DNA of 40,546 nucleotides from a virus, in IMG/VR virus record IMGVR_UViG_3300004481_000286, positions 1 to 40,546 of that record. One strand, written 5' to 3'. The position numbers and the translations under genes were made by a program. This document shows, piece after piece, positions 8,708 through 16,868 of the stretch. Every line of letters begins with the position of its first letter. The stretch's first letter is position 1. A model generated the notes under the pieces. It had not been told where the DNA came from, did not search any database, and worked only from the letters and a program-made list of their open reading frames with translations.

Positions 8708-8897
8708 GGTTGAGATACCAGATTGCTTTTTGAATGTCTTGGGTGCCGCCTTTGCGGTCAGCACGCCAGATGTATTTGATGGCATTGCCGCGGCAGTAGC
8801 CGGTGAACTGCTCAGGGGTGAGCGCGGCTTGGATGGCATCGATGCATTCGATGCTGCCAGCGGTGTAGTGGCTGGGATGGTTAACCGGATCAGACAC
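8682..8897 (-). CDS. DUF3310-family protein
   Basis: VNHPSHYTAGSIECIDAIQAAL...GNAIKYIWRADRKGGTQDIQKAIWYLNRAI matches the remembered DUF3310 signature (HPxHY ... KY.wR...K...D..KA..Y). The likely GTG start at 8897 overlaps the upstream stop. Upstream in-frame ATGs exist, up to 9008. Confidence 0.72.
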   Translation of the reverse strand: MSDPVNHPSHYTAGSIECIDAIQAALTPEQFTGYCRGNAIKYIWRADRKGGTQDIQKAIWYLNRAIHNLSI

Positions 8898-9102
8898 TAG
8901 CGGCAGCGGAAAGTGCAGCAATGATTTTGTCATAGGTGTCTTGAAAGGACGCCACGAGATCCAAGGGGATGGCGGCGCCGTCATCTTGGGCATTGTCGCG
9001 GATGGCATCGGCGTATGCCTGCGCCTGCGTCATGGCGTCATGCAGCCGATTGATGACCGGCGTCTGCTTGGCGGGAATGTTGATCAAGTCGGGTAATGAC
9101 AT
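8890..9102 (-). CDS. hypothetical protein (start uncertain: 9102 or 9033)
   Basis: ORF 8890-9177. The ATG at 9102 gives MSLPDLINIPAKQ..., and the ATG at 9033 gives a non-overlapping 47-aa product. Confidence 0.4.
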   Translation of the reverse strand: MSLPDLINIPAKQTPVINRLHDAMTQAQAYADAIRDNAQDDGAAIPLDLVASFQDTYDKIIAALSAAASV

Positions 9103-9322
9103 AAGCGATGAGTGTTTCAACTTGCAGCTTGGGCAGATCGCCGCGCATGTAGGCCGCGGCATCAGCCACCAGCGCATGGTACGCCGCCGTGGTCAACCGT
9201 GGCAATGCACCACTTAACGCTCTGTCACGGATGAGCGCCGTGCGGTTGGTGCCAGCAGCAGCAGCTTGGCGTTCCAGGTGCTGGATGTCTTCGGGGTTGA
9301 ATCGAACTTTAATTTCTTGCAT
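9038..9322 (-). CDS. ribbon-helix-helix (CopG/MobC-like) DNA-binding protein
   Basis: The internal ATG at 9322 gives MQEIKVRFNPEDIQHLERQAAAAGTNRTALIRDRAL, a beta-strand plus two-helix RHH pattern. It is the first gene downstream of the iteron region. Confidence 0.55.
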   Translation of the reverse strand: MQEIKVRFNPEDIQHLERQAAAAGTNRTALIRDRALSGALPRLTTAAYHALVADAAAYMRGDLPKLQVETLIAYVITRLDQHSRQADAGHQSAA

Positions 9323-9353
9323 TTTGGTGGTGCAGACGGTGCCAATAGTAGGT

Positions 9354-9710
9354 CGGACGCTAAAACCCGCATGAATACTGGGTTCGGACGCAAGCGGACG
9401 CAAGTCGGACGCAAAAAACCCAGTCATACCAACGATGGACGCAAAAAGGGCATTTCCCCTATCCCCCCCCTACGTAATTAAATGTTCACCCCGTTACACT
9501 TCCCACCTCTCTGTAAATACCTGATTTGATTTACCCCTATTTGCGTCCGAAGAGGTGAAAAGGTAGATAGAGACAGGGATCTTGCGTCCGAAATTTGCGT
9601 CCGACTAGCGTCCGATCGGACGCAAGTTGCGTCCGAAATCATGTCCACTGATCCAACTTGAGACCTTTGATGAGACGCTCTCGGGTTTTGCTGGGCTCCC
9701 GTTCGGACGC
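9354..9710. promoter_or_regulatory. iteron array: 12 copies of core GCGTCCG/CGGACGC (extended yTTGCGTCCGAm); candidate replication origin and/or operator set
   Basis: Read directly. CGGACGC is at 9354, 9385, 9395, 9406, 9617 and 9704, with a degenerate TGGACGC at 9436. GCGTCCG is at 9543, 9584, 9597, 9608 and 9629. The two clusters face each other across a 9450-9540 spacer that holds a C8 tract (9463-9470), TACGTAATTAAAT and two CCCCTAT copies. Confidence 0.75.
9608..9623. repeat. perfect 16-bp palindrome GCGTCCGATCGGACGC formed by two abutting iterons
   Basis: Read directly from the sequence. Confidence 0.9.
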
Positions 9711-12014
9711 AACTTTGGGGAAGATCTGGCGCAATGCAGCCACCAGCAACCGTGGCGCCTTGACGGTGCGATCACTTGGCGGGTCCATCAGCCATCTACC
9801 AGACTGATCCAAATAACCCTCCTCTCGATACCATTCTTGCAGTGCATCCCATACGCGCCTTGTTGACACCGACGCATCGTCTTCGTAGGTCAGTCCGATA
9901 GCATCGCAGAAGTCCCATAGGTGACAGCTAGCTCTGCGAACGTCCTGCATTGCTTGACTGCCAGTTGTGTAATCAATGCCATCTGCAATGCTGATGGCCA
10001 TGCCCTCTAGCAACCAGTTAAGGAATGCAGGGCATATCTGCTGCTGGATAAAGTCGGGATCATCCTTGAGCTTGGGATCGGCTTGGATGTGGCTTGGCTC
10101 TGTAGGTGTTGCCATAAAGGTCTTACGGAACTTGAAGACATGAAACCGCGTCTCAATAGCAGCCTGCTCACCAGTAAGGGATGGATCTTTGTTGAGGTTA
10201 AAAACAAACAATGCCGAAGGAACAAACTGGGACTCCTGCACGCCTTTGAGTTCATATGACAATTCCTCGCCACTGATAGCAGCCTTTAATGATTGAAGGT
10301 TGTCAATACTGACAAATTGCGAGTTCTCACTGGACCAGTTAACCGATGCACCACGCAATGGCGCAATAGGAAACTTACGGCCTTGGTCGTATTGACGGAA
10401 GTCGGCCAGTGTACAGGAGGTGAAATTACGACTGCCGAGGGTATCACGTAGGGCGGTGCGGATGGTGTCTTTACCGTTGCTGCCCTCACCGATCATGAGC
10501 ACCGCACGAGGCCTGCCGCGTATGGCGCGGTACTTAGCTAAATCAAGGCCACTGCCAAGGATGCGCTGCAAGGTATCGCGATCATTGGGCTCTACCGCTT
10601 CAAGTAAACGCCAGAGGTGCTGGGCATTGGCTTCAGGGTCATAGTTGTAAGCAGTGACGTAGGTAAATGCCACATCGGGATCATGCGGCGCAAAGGTGAG
10701 GTCTAGTTTCTTGCCAGACCATGACCAGGACACCACGCCATTACGGCAGTTGATGGCATTGGTTGGGTTGACGGGTACTGGTTCCAGCAACCGACGCATC
10801 CACGCAAGGGCCTCATCGACATAACGCGGGCGGCGCCATGGGTAGCAAGGCTCGCCAGATTTGCCGTCTATGACGTGGATCATGGAGAGGAATGCGGCTA
10901 GCTGCGGCGCCAGCTCGTCATCAGGTTTGGCTTGGTAGTGCGTGCCGTTCCAGACATGAAGAATGCCATCAACGCAAATCCAGCGGTCGCGGGGATGCCT
11001 GAAGACATGGGCAACGGTCAGGTCAAGCCAGTCGGTGCCGGTCTTGTCATAAAGCTGCAGATTGATGACCTCGCCATCACTAGGAGCCTCTAAGCGCTCA
11101 CGCCTTGCCTTGGGCATGGGCAGCGGTGGCCGCCAACCGTGATGCCTAGCCCAGTACCAAAATGTGCCGGCATTGATGCGGTCACCACCGGATGCAGCGA
11201 TCTGAGGTAGGCCTTGCCATTGCGGGCTGTGCGCCTGCATGAGATCAATGGCCTGCTCGGCGTTATCGCAGGCTTGGATCAAACCCCAGAAGATGTTGCG
11301 ATAGATGTGATAGGTGCCAGTGCCAGGCGTGCGTGGTGGTATTGCAGCGAGTGCTTCGCGGATCTCGTCAATGCCACGATCAATAGATTCGGCGTGCCGT
11401 TGTGCGGGTTGCTCATGCTGGTAATAGGCCTCAGATGGCAATACCGCTTCGATATCAGCAACGCTGTAGCGATGGCCGGCGCTGGTAACCATGCGGCACA
11501 TGTCACCGAGACTGCCATCCGCTTCGGCGTAATAGCTGCCTGGCAGCCGCATGACACGGGATGAGTTTTTGATGCTGCGGTCGGCATCGCAGTAATCAAG
11601 CAGTCGAGCTTGGACTAGCTCCCAGTGCTGCGGGGTGATGGGATCAGCAAGCACCCAATAACTGTGGATGGACTTGCCGCCGGTATCGATTTGAAACGTG
11701 GGTTCGGGCAGGCCAAGTTCCTGCCATGCGGTGAGTTGCCATTCACGAGGCCGATCATCCCATTCGGCAAAGAATGCGCGGCAGGCAGTGATTTCAGCAT
11801 TGGTATCACCGCCGTCATTGATGACGACATAAACGCCGCGGCCCTCGGCTTGCCACTGCTTGATCAGCGGCTTGCGGGCGCCACCCTTGCGGCCTTTGTC
11901 GGATGCCTTGTCTTGGTGCTCTTTGTGAAGAAAGGCACGCAGCCTGATGGTGCCTGCCGGTTTGCCGAGTAGGGCAATAAACCGACGGGCTTCTGAAAAG
12001 TCAATTTCCTTCAC
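9639..12014 (-). CDS. bifunctional primase-polymerase (AEP) / SF3 helicase (P4 alpha / D5-like primase-helicase)
   Basis: 791 aa. The N-terminal AEP motifs are FFAEWDD and TGGKSIHSYWVL. The C-terminal P4-family Walker A is MIGEGSNGKDT, with downstream helicase motifs. Confidence 0.88.
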   Translation of the reverse strand: MKEIDFSEARRFIALLGKPAGTIRLRAFLHKEHQDKASDKGRKGGARKPLIKQWQAEGRGVYVVINDGGDTNAEITACRAFFAEWDDRPREWQLTAWQELGLPEPTFQIDTGGKSIHSYWVLADPITPQHWELVQARLLDYCDADRSIKNSSRVMRLPGSYYAEADGSLGDMCRMVTSAGHRYSVADIEAVLPSEAYYQHEQPAQRHAESIDRGIDEIREALAAIPPRTPGTGTYHIYRNIFWGLIQACDNAEQAIDLMQAHSPQWQGLPQIAASGGDRINAGTFWYWARHHGWRPPLPMPKARRERLEAPSDGEVINLQLYDKTGTDWLDLTVAHVFRHPRDRWICVDGILHVWNGTHYQAKPDDELAPQLAAFLSMIHVIDGKSGEPCYPWRRPRYVDEALAWMRRLLEPVPVNPTNAINCRNGVVSWSWSGKKLDLTFAPHDPDVAFTYVTAYNYDPEANAQHLWRLLEAVEPNDRDTLQRILGSGLDLAKYRAIRGRPRAVLMIGEGSNGKDTIRTALRDTLGSRNFTSCTLADFRQYDQGRKFPIAPLRGASVNWSSENSQFVSIDNLQSLKAAISGEELSYELKGVQESQFVPSALFVFNLNKDPSLTGEQAAIETRFHVFKFRKTFMATPTEPSHIQADPKLKDDPDFIQQQICPAFLNWLLEGMAISIADGIDYTTGSQAMQDVRRASCHLWDFCDAIGLTYEDDASVSTRRVWDALQEWYREEGYLDQSGRWLMDPPSDRTVKAPRLLVAALRQIFPKVASEREPSKTRERLIKGLKLDQWT

Positions 12015-12187
12015 TTCACCACCAATGATCCAGTGGAGGGCAGGATGCCATCGCTGTGCAGTCGGATCGACTGATCCAGCAGCAGCCGGATGGCGGCACT
12101 GCGAGACAAAGTGTCACCACGCCAAGAATCCAGCCATTGCAGCTGATTTGGCGCAAGGCGCAGCGGTATTGGTCGGGCTAGCGGCAT
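12011..12187 (-). CDS. ribbon-helix-helix DNA-binding protein (candidate regulator of the divergent promoter region)
   Basis: The ATG at 12187 gives MPLARPIPLRLAPNQLQWLDSWRGDTLSRSAAIRLLLDQ, an RHH pattern. The stop overlaps the primase start. The track start at 12211 is a TTG. Confidence 0.55.
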   Translation of the reverse strand: MPLARPIPLRLAPNQLQWLDSWRGDTLSRSAAIRLLLDQSIRLHSDGILPSTGSLVVK

Positions 12188-12203
12188 TGGGTCCGGCCAG
12201 TGG

Positions 12204-12239
12204 CTTGACAAGTGTATACGGTTAGTCTACGGTGTCAAG
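12204..12239. promoter_or_regulatory. back-to-back divergent sigma-70-like promoters built on a 7-bp inverted repeat CTTGACA/TGTCAAG
   Basis: Plus strand: TTGACA (12205-12210), N17, TACGGT (12228-12233). Minus strand: TTGACA (12238-12233), N16, TACACT. The two -35 boxes are the arms of the inverted repeat. A GTATAC palindrome lies in the centre. Confidence 0.5.
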
Positions 12240-12255
12240 GCACGCGGCACCCATC

Positions 12256-12411
12256 ATGGAAACCACGCGACACCACGAAGAATTGATTGAAACTTTAGAG
12301 CGCATTGCCCAAGCCCTTGAGTGCATTCAAGACAGGCAAGGCGTGATTGCAAATGCGCTGCTGCAATTATCCGATCACCACGGCAGCAAGGTGCCAGGAC
12401 CGTACCGATGA
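12256..12411 (+). CDS. 51-aa hypothetical protein, first gene of the rightward arm (absent from the ORF track)
   Basis: My own translation is METTRHHEELIETLERIAQALECIQDRQGVIANALLQLSDHHGSKVPGPYR. Its stop shares an ATGA overlap with the next gene's start at 12408. Confidence 0.45.
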   Translation: METTRHHEELIETLERIAQALECIQDRQGVIANALLQLSDHHGSKVPGPYR

Positions 12412-14666
12412 CCTACCAAGACTTCCTAGCTTCAAAATCAACTGCCGCACCTGTTGCGGGGTTTGACCCGCAGGGGTTTACGGCGCCGCTGTTTCCGTTT
12501 CAGCGGGACATCGTGACCATGGCGTGCCGCGTCGGCAAGTTCTGCATCTGGGCCGACTGCGGCATGGGCAAAACTGCCATGCAGCTTGAGTGGGCGCATC
12601 AGGTGCACCTAGAAACCGGCGACAACGTGCTTGTGTTGGCGCCGCTTGCGGTAGCCCACCAGACCGTGCGTGAGGGCAGCAAGTTCGGCATCCCATGCCA
12701 GTTTGCGGCAACGCAAGCTGAGGTGAAGCCCGGCATCACGGTGACCAACTATGAGAAGTTGGCGCATTTTGACGCCGGCAGTTTTGCAGGTGTGGTGCTG
12801 GACGAGAGCAGCATCCTCAAGTCATACACGGGCAAGACCCGCAACCAGATCATCGAGTCATTTGCGCAGACGCCATACCGGCTGGCGTGCTCAGCTACGC
12901 CAGCGCCCAATGACCACATGGAGCTAGGCAATCATGCCGAGTTCATTGGGGTCATGACGCGTACTGAGATGCTGGCCATGTTCTTCGTGCATGACGGCGG
13001 CGACACCGCTAAATGGCGCCTTAAGGGTCACGCGCAAAGCAAGTTCTGGGAGTGGGTGTGCAGTTGGGCGGTGACGATCCGCAAGCCATCGGATCTGGGC
13101 TATGACGATGGCGACTTCGTGCTGCCAGCGCTGCAGATCCAAGATTGCACGGTGGAGACACCACGCGAGGCGGTCGCTGATGACGCAGGCCAGATGGCGT
13201 TATTTGCCATGGAGGCCCGCAGCCTTAACGATCAGCGCAAGGTGCGTAAGGCAAGCCTGCAATTGCGGGTTGACGCTGCAGCACAGCTTGCCAATAGCAA
13301 CGGTGAGCAGTGGCTGGTGTGGTGCGATCTCAATGATGAGAGCAAAGCGCTGACTGCTGCTATTGCTGGCGCTGTCGAGGTGTGCGGCGCTGATAGTGAT
13401 GACCATAAGCGGCAAGCGGCCATCGACTTTCAAGATGGCAAAATCCGCGTGCTGGTCAGCAAGCCCAGCATCTTTGGGTTTGGCCTGAACTTCCAGCGGT
13501 GCCACAACGTGGCATTTGTTGGGCTGAGTCATAGCTACGAGGCGTTCTATCAAGCCATCCGTAGGTGCTGGCGGTTTGGCCAGCAGCAACCAGTTAATGC
13601 GCACATCATCTACGACGTAGGCGAGGGTCGCGTGATTGAAAACATCCGCCGCAAAGAAGCGGACAGCATCCAAATGGCCCAATCAATGGTTGAAATCATG
13701 AAGCAACAAACCATGGAACAACTCAAAAAGATTCAGCGCCAAGTGGCACCGCATGTCACTGAGCACAAGTCCGGCGACAACTGGGACATGTACATGGGCG
13801 ACTGCGTGGAGAGCATTAAACAGCTTGACTCAGACAGCATCCACTACAGCATCTTTAGCCCGCCGTTTGCGTCGCTGTACACCTACAGCAATAGCGACCG
13901 TGATATGGGCAACAGCCGCACCAATCAGGAGTTCTTCGATCACTTTGTATTCCTGGCTAAGGAGCTGCATCGCGTGATGATGCCTGGCAGGTTGATTAGC
14001 TTCCACTGCATGAATCTGCCTAGCAGTAAAGAACGCGATGGCTTTATTGGTGTGAAGGACTTCCGTGGTGACATGCTGCGCATTTTCCAGGCTGCAGGAT
14101 TTGTATTCCATAGCGAGGTGTGCATCTGGAAGGATCCAGTCACCGCGATGCAGCGCACCAAAGCCATTGGCCTGCTGCATAAGCAAGTGCGCAAGGACTC
14201 AGCGCTTAGCCGCCAGGGCATCCCGGACTACCTGGTGACCGTGCGCAAGCTGGGCGACAACCCGGAGCCTGTCGCTGGACCGTTCACGGAGTTTGCAGGC
14301 GAGAATCCACCACCCAAAAGCAAGGATCCGATTAAAGACTCGATCAACATCTGGCAGCGGTATGCCAGCCCGGTTTGGATGGACATCAACCCATCGGATA
14401 CGCTCCAGTACCGCAGCGCACGAGCTAATGAGGATGAGCGCCACATCTGCCCGCTGCAGCTTGAGGTGATCCGTCGCGGCCTGCAGCTATGGAGCAACCC
14501 AGGCGACCTGGTGCTGTCGCCATTTGCCGGCATCGGCAGCGAGGGCTATTGCAGCCTGCAGATGGATCGCCGGTTTGTCGGCTTTGAGCTGAAACCGTCC
14601 TATTACAACTGCGCCGTGAAGAACCTGACGGAAGTTGCCAGCAATAAGCAGGGGGTGCTGGTGTGA
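12408..14666 (+). CDS. SNF2/SF2 helicase fused to beta-class N4/N6 DNA methyltransferase (SPPF catalytic motif, probably N4-cytosine type)
   Basis: Helicase motifs are ADCGMGKT (I), VVLDESS (II), CSATPAPND (III), and a C-lobe VLVSKPSIFGFGLNFQ...QAIRRCWRFGQ. Methyltransferase motifs are IHYSIFSPPF (IV), HICPLQLEV, and VLSPFAGIGSEG (I) in the PF01555 order. The likely ATG at 12408 is coupled to the upstream ORF. The track start at 12321 gives an Arg/Cys-rich, unlikely N-terminus. Confidence 0.88.
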   Translation: MTYQDFLASKSTAAPVAGFDPQGFTAPLFPFQRDIVTMACRVGKFCIWADCGMGKTAMQLEWAHQVHLETGDNVLVLAPLAVAHQTVREGSKFGIPCQFAATQAEVKPGITVTNYEKLAHFDAGSFAGVVLDESSILKSYTGKTRNQIIESFAQTPYRLACSATPAPNDHMELGNHAEFIGVMTRTEMLAMFFVHDGGDTAKWRLKGHAQSKFWEWVCSWAVTIRKPSDLGYDDGDFVLPALQIQDCTVETPREAVADDAGQMALFAMEARSLNDQRKVRKASLQLRVDAAAQLANSNGEQWLVWCDLNDESKALTAAIAGAVEVCGADSDDHKRQAAIDFQDGKIRVLVSKPSIFGFGLNFQRCHNVAFVGLSHSYEAFYQAIRRCWRFGQQQPVNAHIIYDVGEGRVIENIRRKEADSIQMAQSMVEIMKQQTMEQLKKIQRQVAPHVTEHKSGDNWDMYMGDCVESIKQLDSDSIHYSIFSPPFASLYTYSNSDRDMGNSRTNQEFFDHFVFLAKELHRVMMPGRLISFHCMNLPSSKERDGFIGVKDFRGDMLRIFQAAGFVFHSEVCIWKDPVTAMQRTKAIGLLHKQVRKDSALSRQGIPDYLVTVRKLGDNPEPVAGPFTEFAGENPPPKSKDPIKDSINIWQRYASPVWMDINPSDTLQYRSARANEDERHICPLQLEVIRRGLQLWSNPGDLVLSPFAGIGSEGYCSLQMDRRFVGFELKPSYYNCAVKNLTEVASNKQGVLV

Positions 14667-16012
14667 TGCACCTCCGCCCTTACCAACAACAACTGATCAC
14701 CGACATCCGGCTGCAATACCAGCTAGGGCGTAAGGCAGTCCTAGCAGTGCTGCCGACCGGCGGCGGCAAGACCGTGTGCTTTAGCTACATCGCCGAGCAA
14801 GCCGCCAAAAAGGGCAACCGCGTGCTGGTGCTTGTGCATCGGCAGGAGCTTCTAGATCAAGCCAGCAGGGCGATGGCCGTACCCCATGGCCGCATCAGCG
14901 CCAGCCGCAGCATGGACTTGTCCTACGCCGTACAGGTGGCATCAGTCCAAACCGTAGCCCGGAGATTGCACCTGCTGCCGCGTGACTTCTTTCAGCTGCT
15001 AGTGGTTGACGAGGCCCACCACACCACCGCCGGCACATGGGCCAAGGTCATCGAGCACTTTGCAGCTGCCAAGCTGCTAGGCGTCACCGCAACGCCGATA
15101 CGCGGTGACGGTCGCGGCCTAGGTGAGCACTACCAAGCGATGGTGGAAGGTCCAACTGCGCAGCAGCTGACGGATGACGGATTCCTCGCTGCGGCCAAGG
15201 TGCTAGCACCGCCGGGGTTTGACTCAGCCGGCTTGCGTAAGCGGATGGGTGATTTCGACACCAAGCAAGCCGAGCAGCGCGTCGGCACGATCATGGGCGA
15301 CTGCCTTGGCCATTACCGCAAACACCTGCTAGGCCAGACAGCGATTGCCTTCTGCTGCTCAGTGGCCCATGCTGAGGCGGTAGCTGCCTTGTTCCAGTCG
15401 GCTGGTATCGCCGCGGCCAGCATCGATGGCAGCATGGATGCCGGCACTAGGCGGGAGCTACTCAGCGACCTCGGCACCGGTCGGCTCAAGGTGCTGACCA
15501 GTTGCGCGCTCATCGGTGAAGGCGTGGACGTACCAAGCGTTGGCGGCTGCATCCTGCTGCGGCCTACGGCATCAGTGGCATTGCACCTGCAGATGATTGG
15601 CCGTTGTTTGCGCCCACAACCTGGCAAGCGTGCGGTAGTGCTGGATCATGTCGGCAACACACTGCGGCTTGGCCACCACCTAGAGCCGCGTGAGTGGACG
15701 CTGGAGGGGCTAAAGAAGCGCGACCGCGACGCAGCCCCATCGGTCAAGGTGTGCCCTACATGCTTTGCCACCAGCATCAGCACTGCGCAGGCGTGCCGCG
15801 AGTGCGGGCATGTGTTCGCGCCACCAGAGCGCAGGGAGTTGCGGCAGGTTGATGGTGAGCTGGTGGAGGTGGCGGCACGTGAGCGCAAGCGAGAGCAAGG
15901 TTCTGCGCAGTCGCTGGATGATCTCCGCGAGCTAGCACGTCAGCGACGCTATAAACCTGGTTGGGCGGAGCGGGTTTACCAGGCGCGACTGGCTAAGCGT
16001 TACGGAATGTGA
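14666..16012 (+). CDS. DEAD/DEAH-box SF2 helicase (type III restriction Res-like / XPB-like) with C-terminal zinc ribbon
   Basis: LPTGGGKT, VVDEAHH, GVTATP, the helicase C-lobe, then CPTCFATSISTAQACRECGH. It shares a TGATG overlap with the upstream gene. Confidence 0.85.
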   Translation: MHLRPYQQQLITDIRLQYQLGRKAVLAVLPTGGGKTVCFSYIAEQAAKKGNRVLVLVHRQELLDQASRAMAVPHGRISASRSMDLSYAVQVASVQTVARRLHLLPRDFFQLLVVDEAHHTTAGTWAKVIEHFAAAKLLGVTATPIRGDGRGLGEHYQAMVEGPTAQQLTDDGFLAAAKVLAPPGFDSAGLRKRMGDFDTKQAEQRVGTIMGDCLGHYRKHLLGQTAIAFCCSVAHAEAVAALFQSAGIAAASIDGSMDAGTRRELLSDLGTGRLKVLTSCALIGEGVDVPSVGGCILLRPTASVALHLQMIGRCLRPQPGKRAVVLDHVGNTLRLGHHLEPREWTLEGLKKRDRDAAPSVKVCPTCFATSISTAQACRECGHVFAPPERRELRQVDGELVEVAARERKREQGSAQSLDDLRELARQRRYKPGWAERVYQARLAKRYGM

Positions 16013-16022
16013 CCGGCTACGG

Positions 16023-16050
16023 TTGCGCATGGCGGCAGATGGTGTATTGT
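16023..16050 (+). promoter_or_regulatory. possible internal promoter TTGCGC-N16-TATTGT
   Basis: Read in the 79-bp gap after the helicase gene. It is a hexamer match only. Confidence 0.25.
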
Positions 16051-16091
16051 TAGGGGACAGCGGACAAGAGCCGCACCCCAAACCGAGAACC

Positions 16092-16274
16092 ATGACCCTC
16101 CAGCAAGTCCTTCAGTTCAAAGCCGCCGAGAAGGCCGCCAAAGACGCTTTCTACGCCGCAGCCGGTCCCGCAGGCAGCAAGGTGACCGCTAAGCAAGCCA
16201 AGCTGCACGCAGCCATGGTGGCAGCTACCAAGGCTCGCCAAGCAGCAATGACCGCTTACGCCGATACCCTCTGA
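16092..16274 (+). CDS. 60-aa Ala/Lys-rich helical protein
   Basis: The internal ATG of ORF 16023-16274 gives MTLQQVLQFKAAEKAAKDAF.... It abuts the next gene's start. Confidence 0.45.
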   Translation: MTLQQVLQFKAAEKAAKDAFYAAAGPAGSKVTAKQAKLHAAMVAATKARQAAMTAYADTL

Positions 16275-16868
16275 GTGCGCGTCTTAGTTGCCTGCGAGTA
16301 CAGCGCCCGCGTCCGCGATGCATTTCGTAGGCGCGGGCACGACGCGTGGAGCTGTGACCTGCTGGAATGCGAGGTTGACCCGCAATGGCACCTGCAGCAA
16401 CCGGTTGAGGAGTTGCTAGGTGATGGCTGGGATCTGATGGTGGCGCGCCCGCCTTGCACCCATCTGGCCGTTTCTGGCAGCAGGCACTTTCACCGCAAGC
16501 AACAGCAGCAGGTTGAGGCCTTGGACTTTGTGCGGCTGCTGATGGCGGCACCAATAGATAGGTGGTGCATCGAAAACCCGGTCAGCATCATCAGCAGTGC
16601 CATCAGGCCACCTAGTCAGATCATCCAGCCGTGGTGGTTTGGCCACGGCGAAACCAAGTCAACGTGCTTGTGGCTGAAGAACCTACCGCTGCTAAAGCCA
16701 ACGCAGGTGGTTGATGGGCGTGAGGCCAAGGTGCATCGGATGCCGCCGGGGCCTAACAGGTGGAAAGAGCGCAGCCGTACATATATAGGCGTGGCCGATG
16801 CCATGGCGCAGCAATGGGGAGCCGTTACGCTGCCCGCACCGGTTGAGCAGCTAAGCCTTGGCATCTGA
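16275..16868 (+). CDS. minimal C5-cytosine-methyltransferase-like protein (PC and ENP motifs, no obvious target-recognition domain)
   Basis: 197 aa with a GTG start. MRVLVACEYSARVRDAF is a degenerate motif I position. ARPPCTHLAVSG is the motif IV Pro-Cys. CIENPV is motif VI. SRTYIGVADAMAQQWG is the C-terminal motif. It resembles a short phage family usually labelled DNA cytosine methyltransferase (from memory). Confidence 0.65.
   Translation: MRVLVACEYSARVRDAFRRRGHDAWSCDLLECEVDPQWHLQQPVEELLGDGWDLMVARPPCTHLAVSGSRHFHRKQQQQVEALDFVRLLMAAPIDRWCIENPVSIISSAIRPPSQIIQPWWFGHGETKSTCLWLKNLPLLKPTQVVDGREAKVHRMPPGPNRWKERSRTYIGVADAMAQQWGAVTLPAPVEQLSLGI

Noticed and set aside
13200-13682. 160-aa minus-strand ORF inside the helicase-methyltransferase gene
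   Set aside because: It is antisense to well-defined helicase C-lobe motifs.
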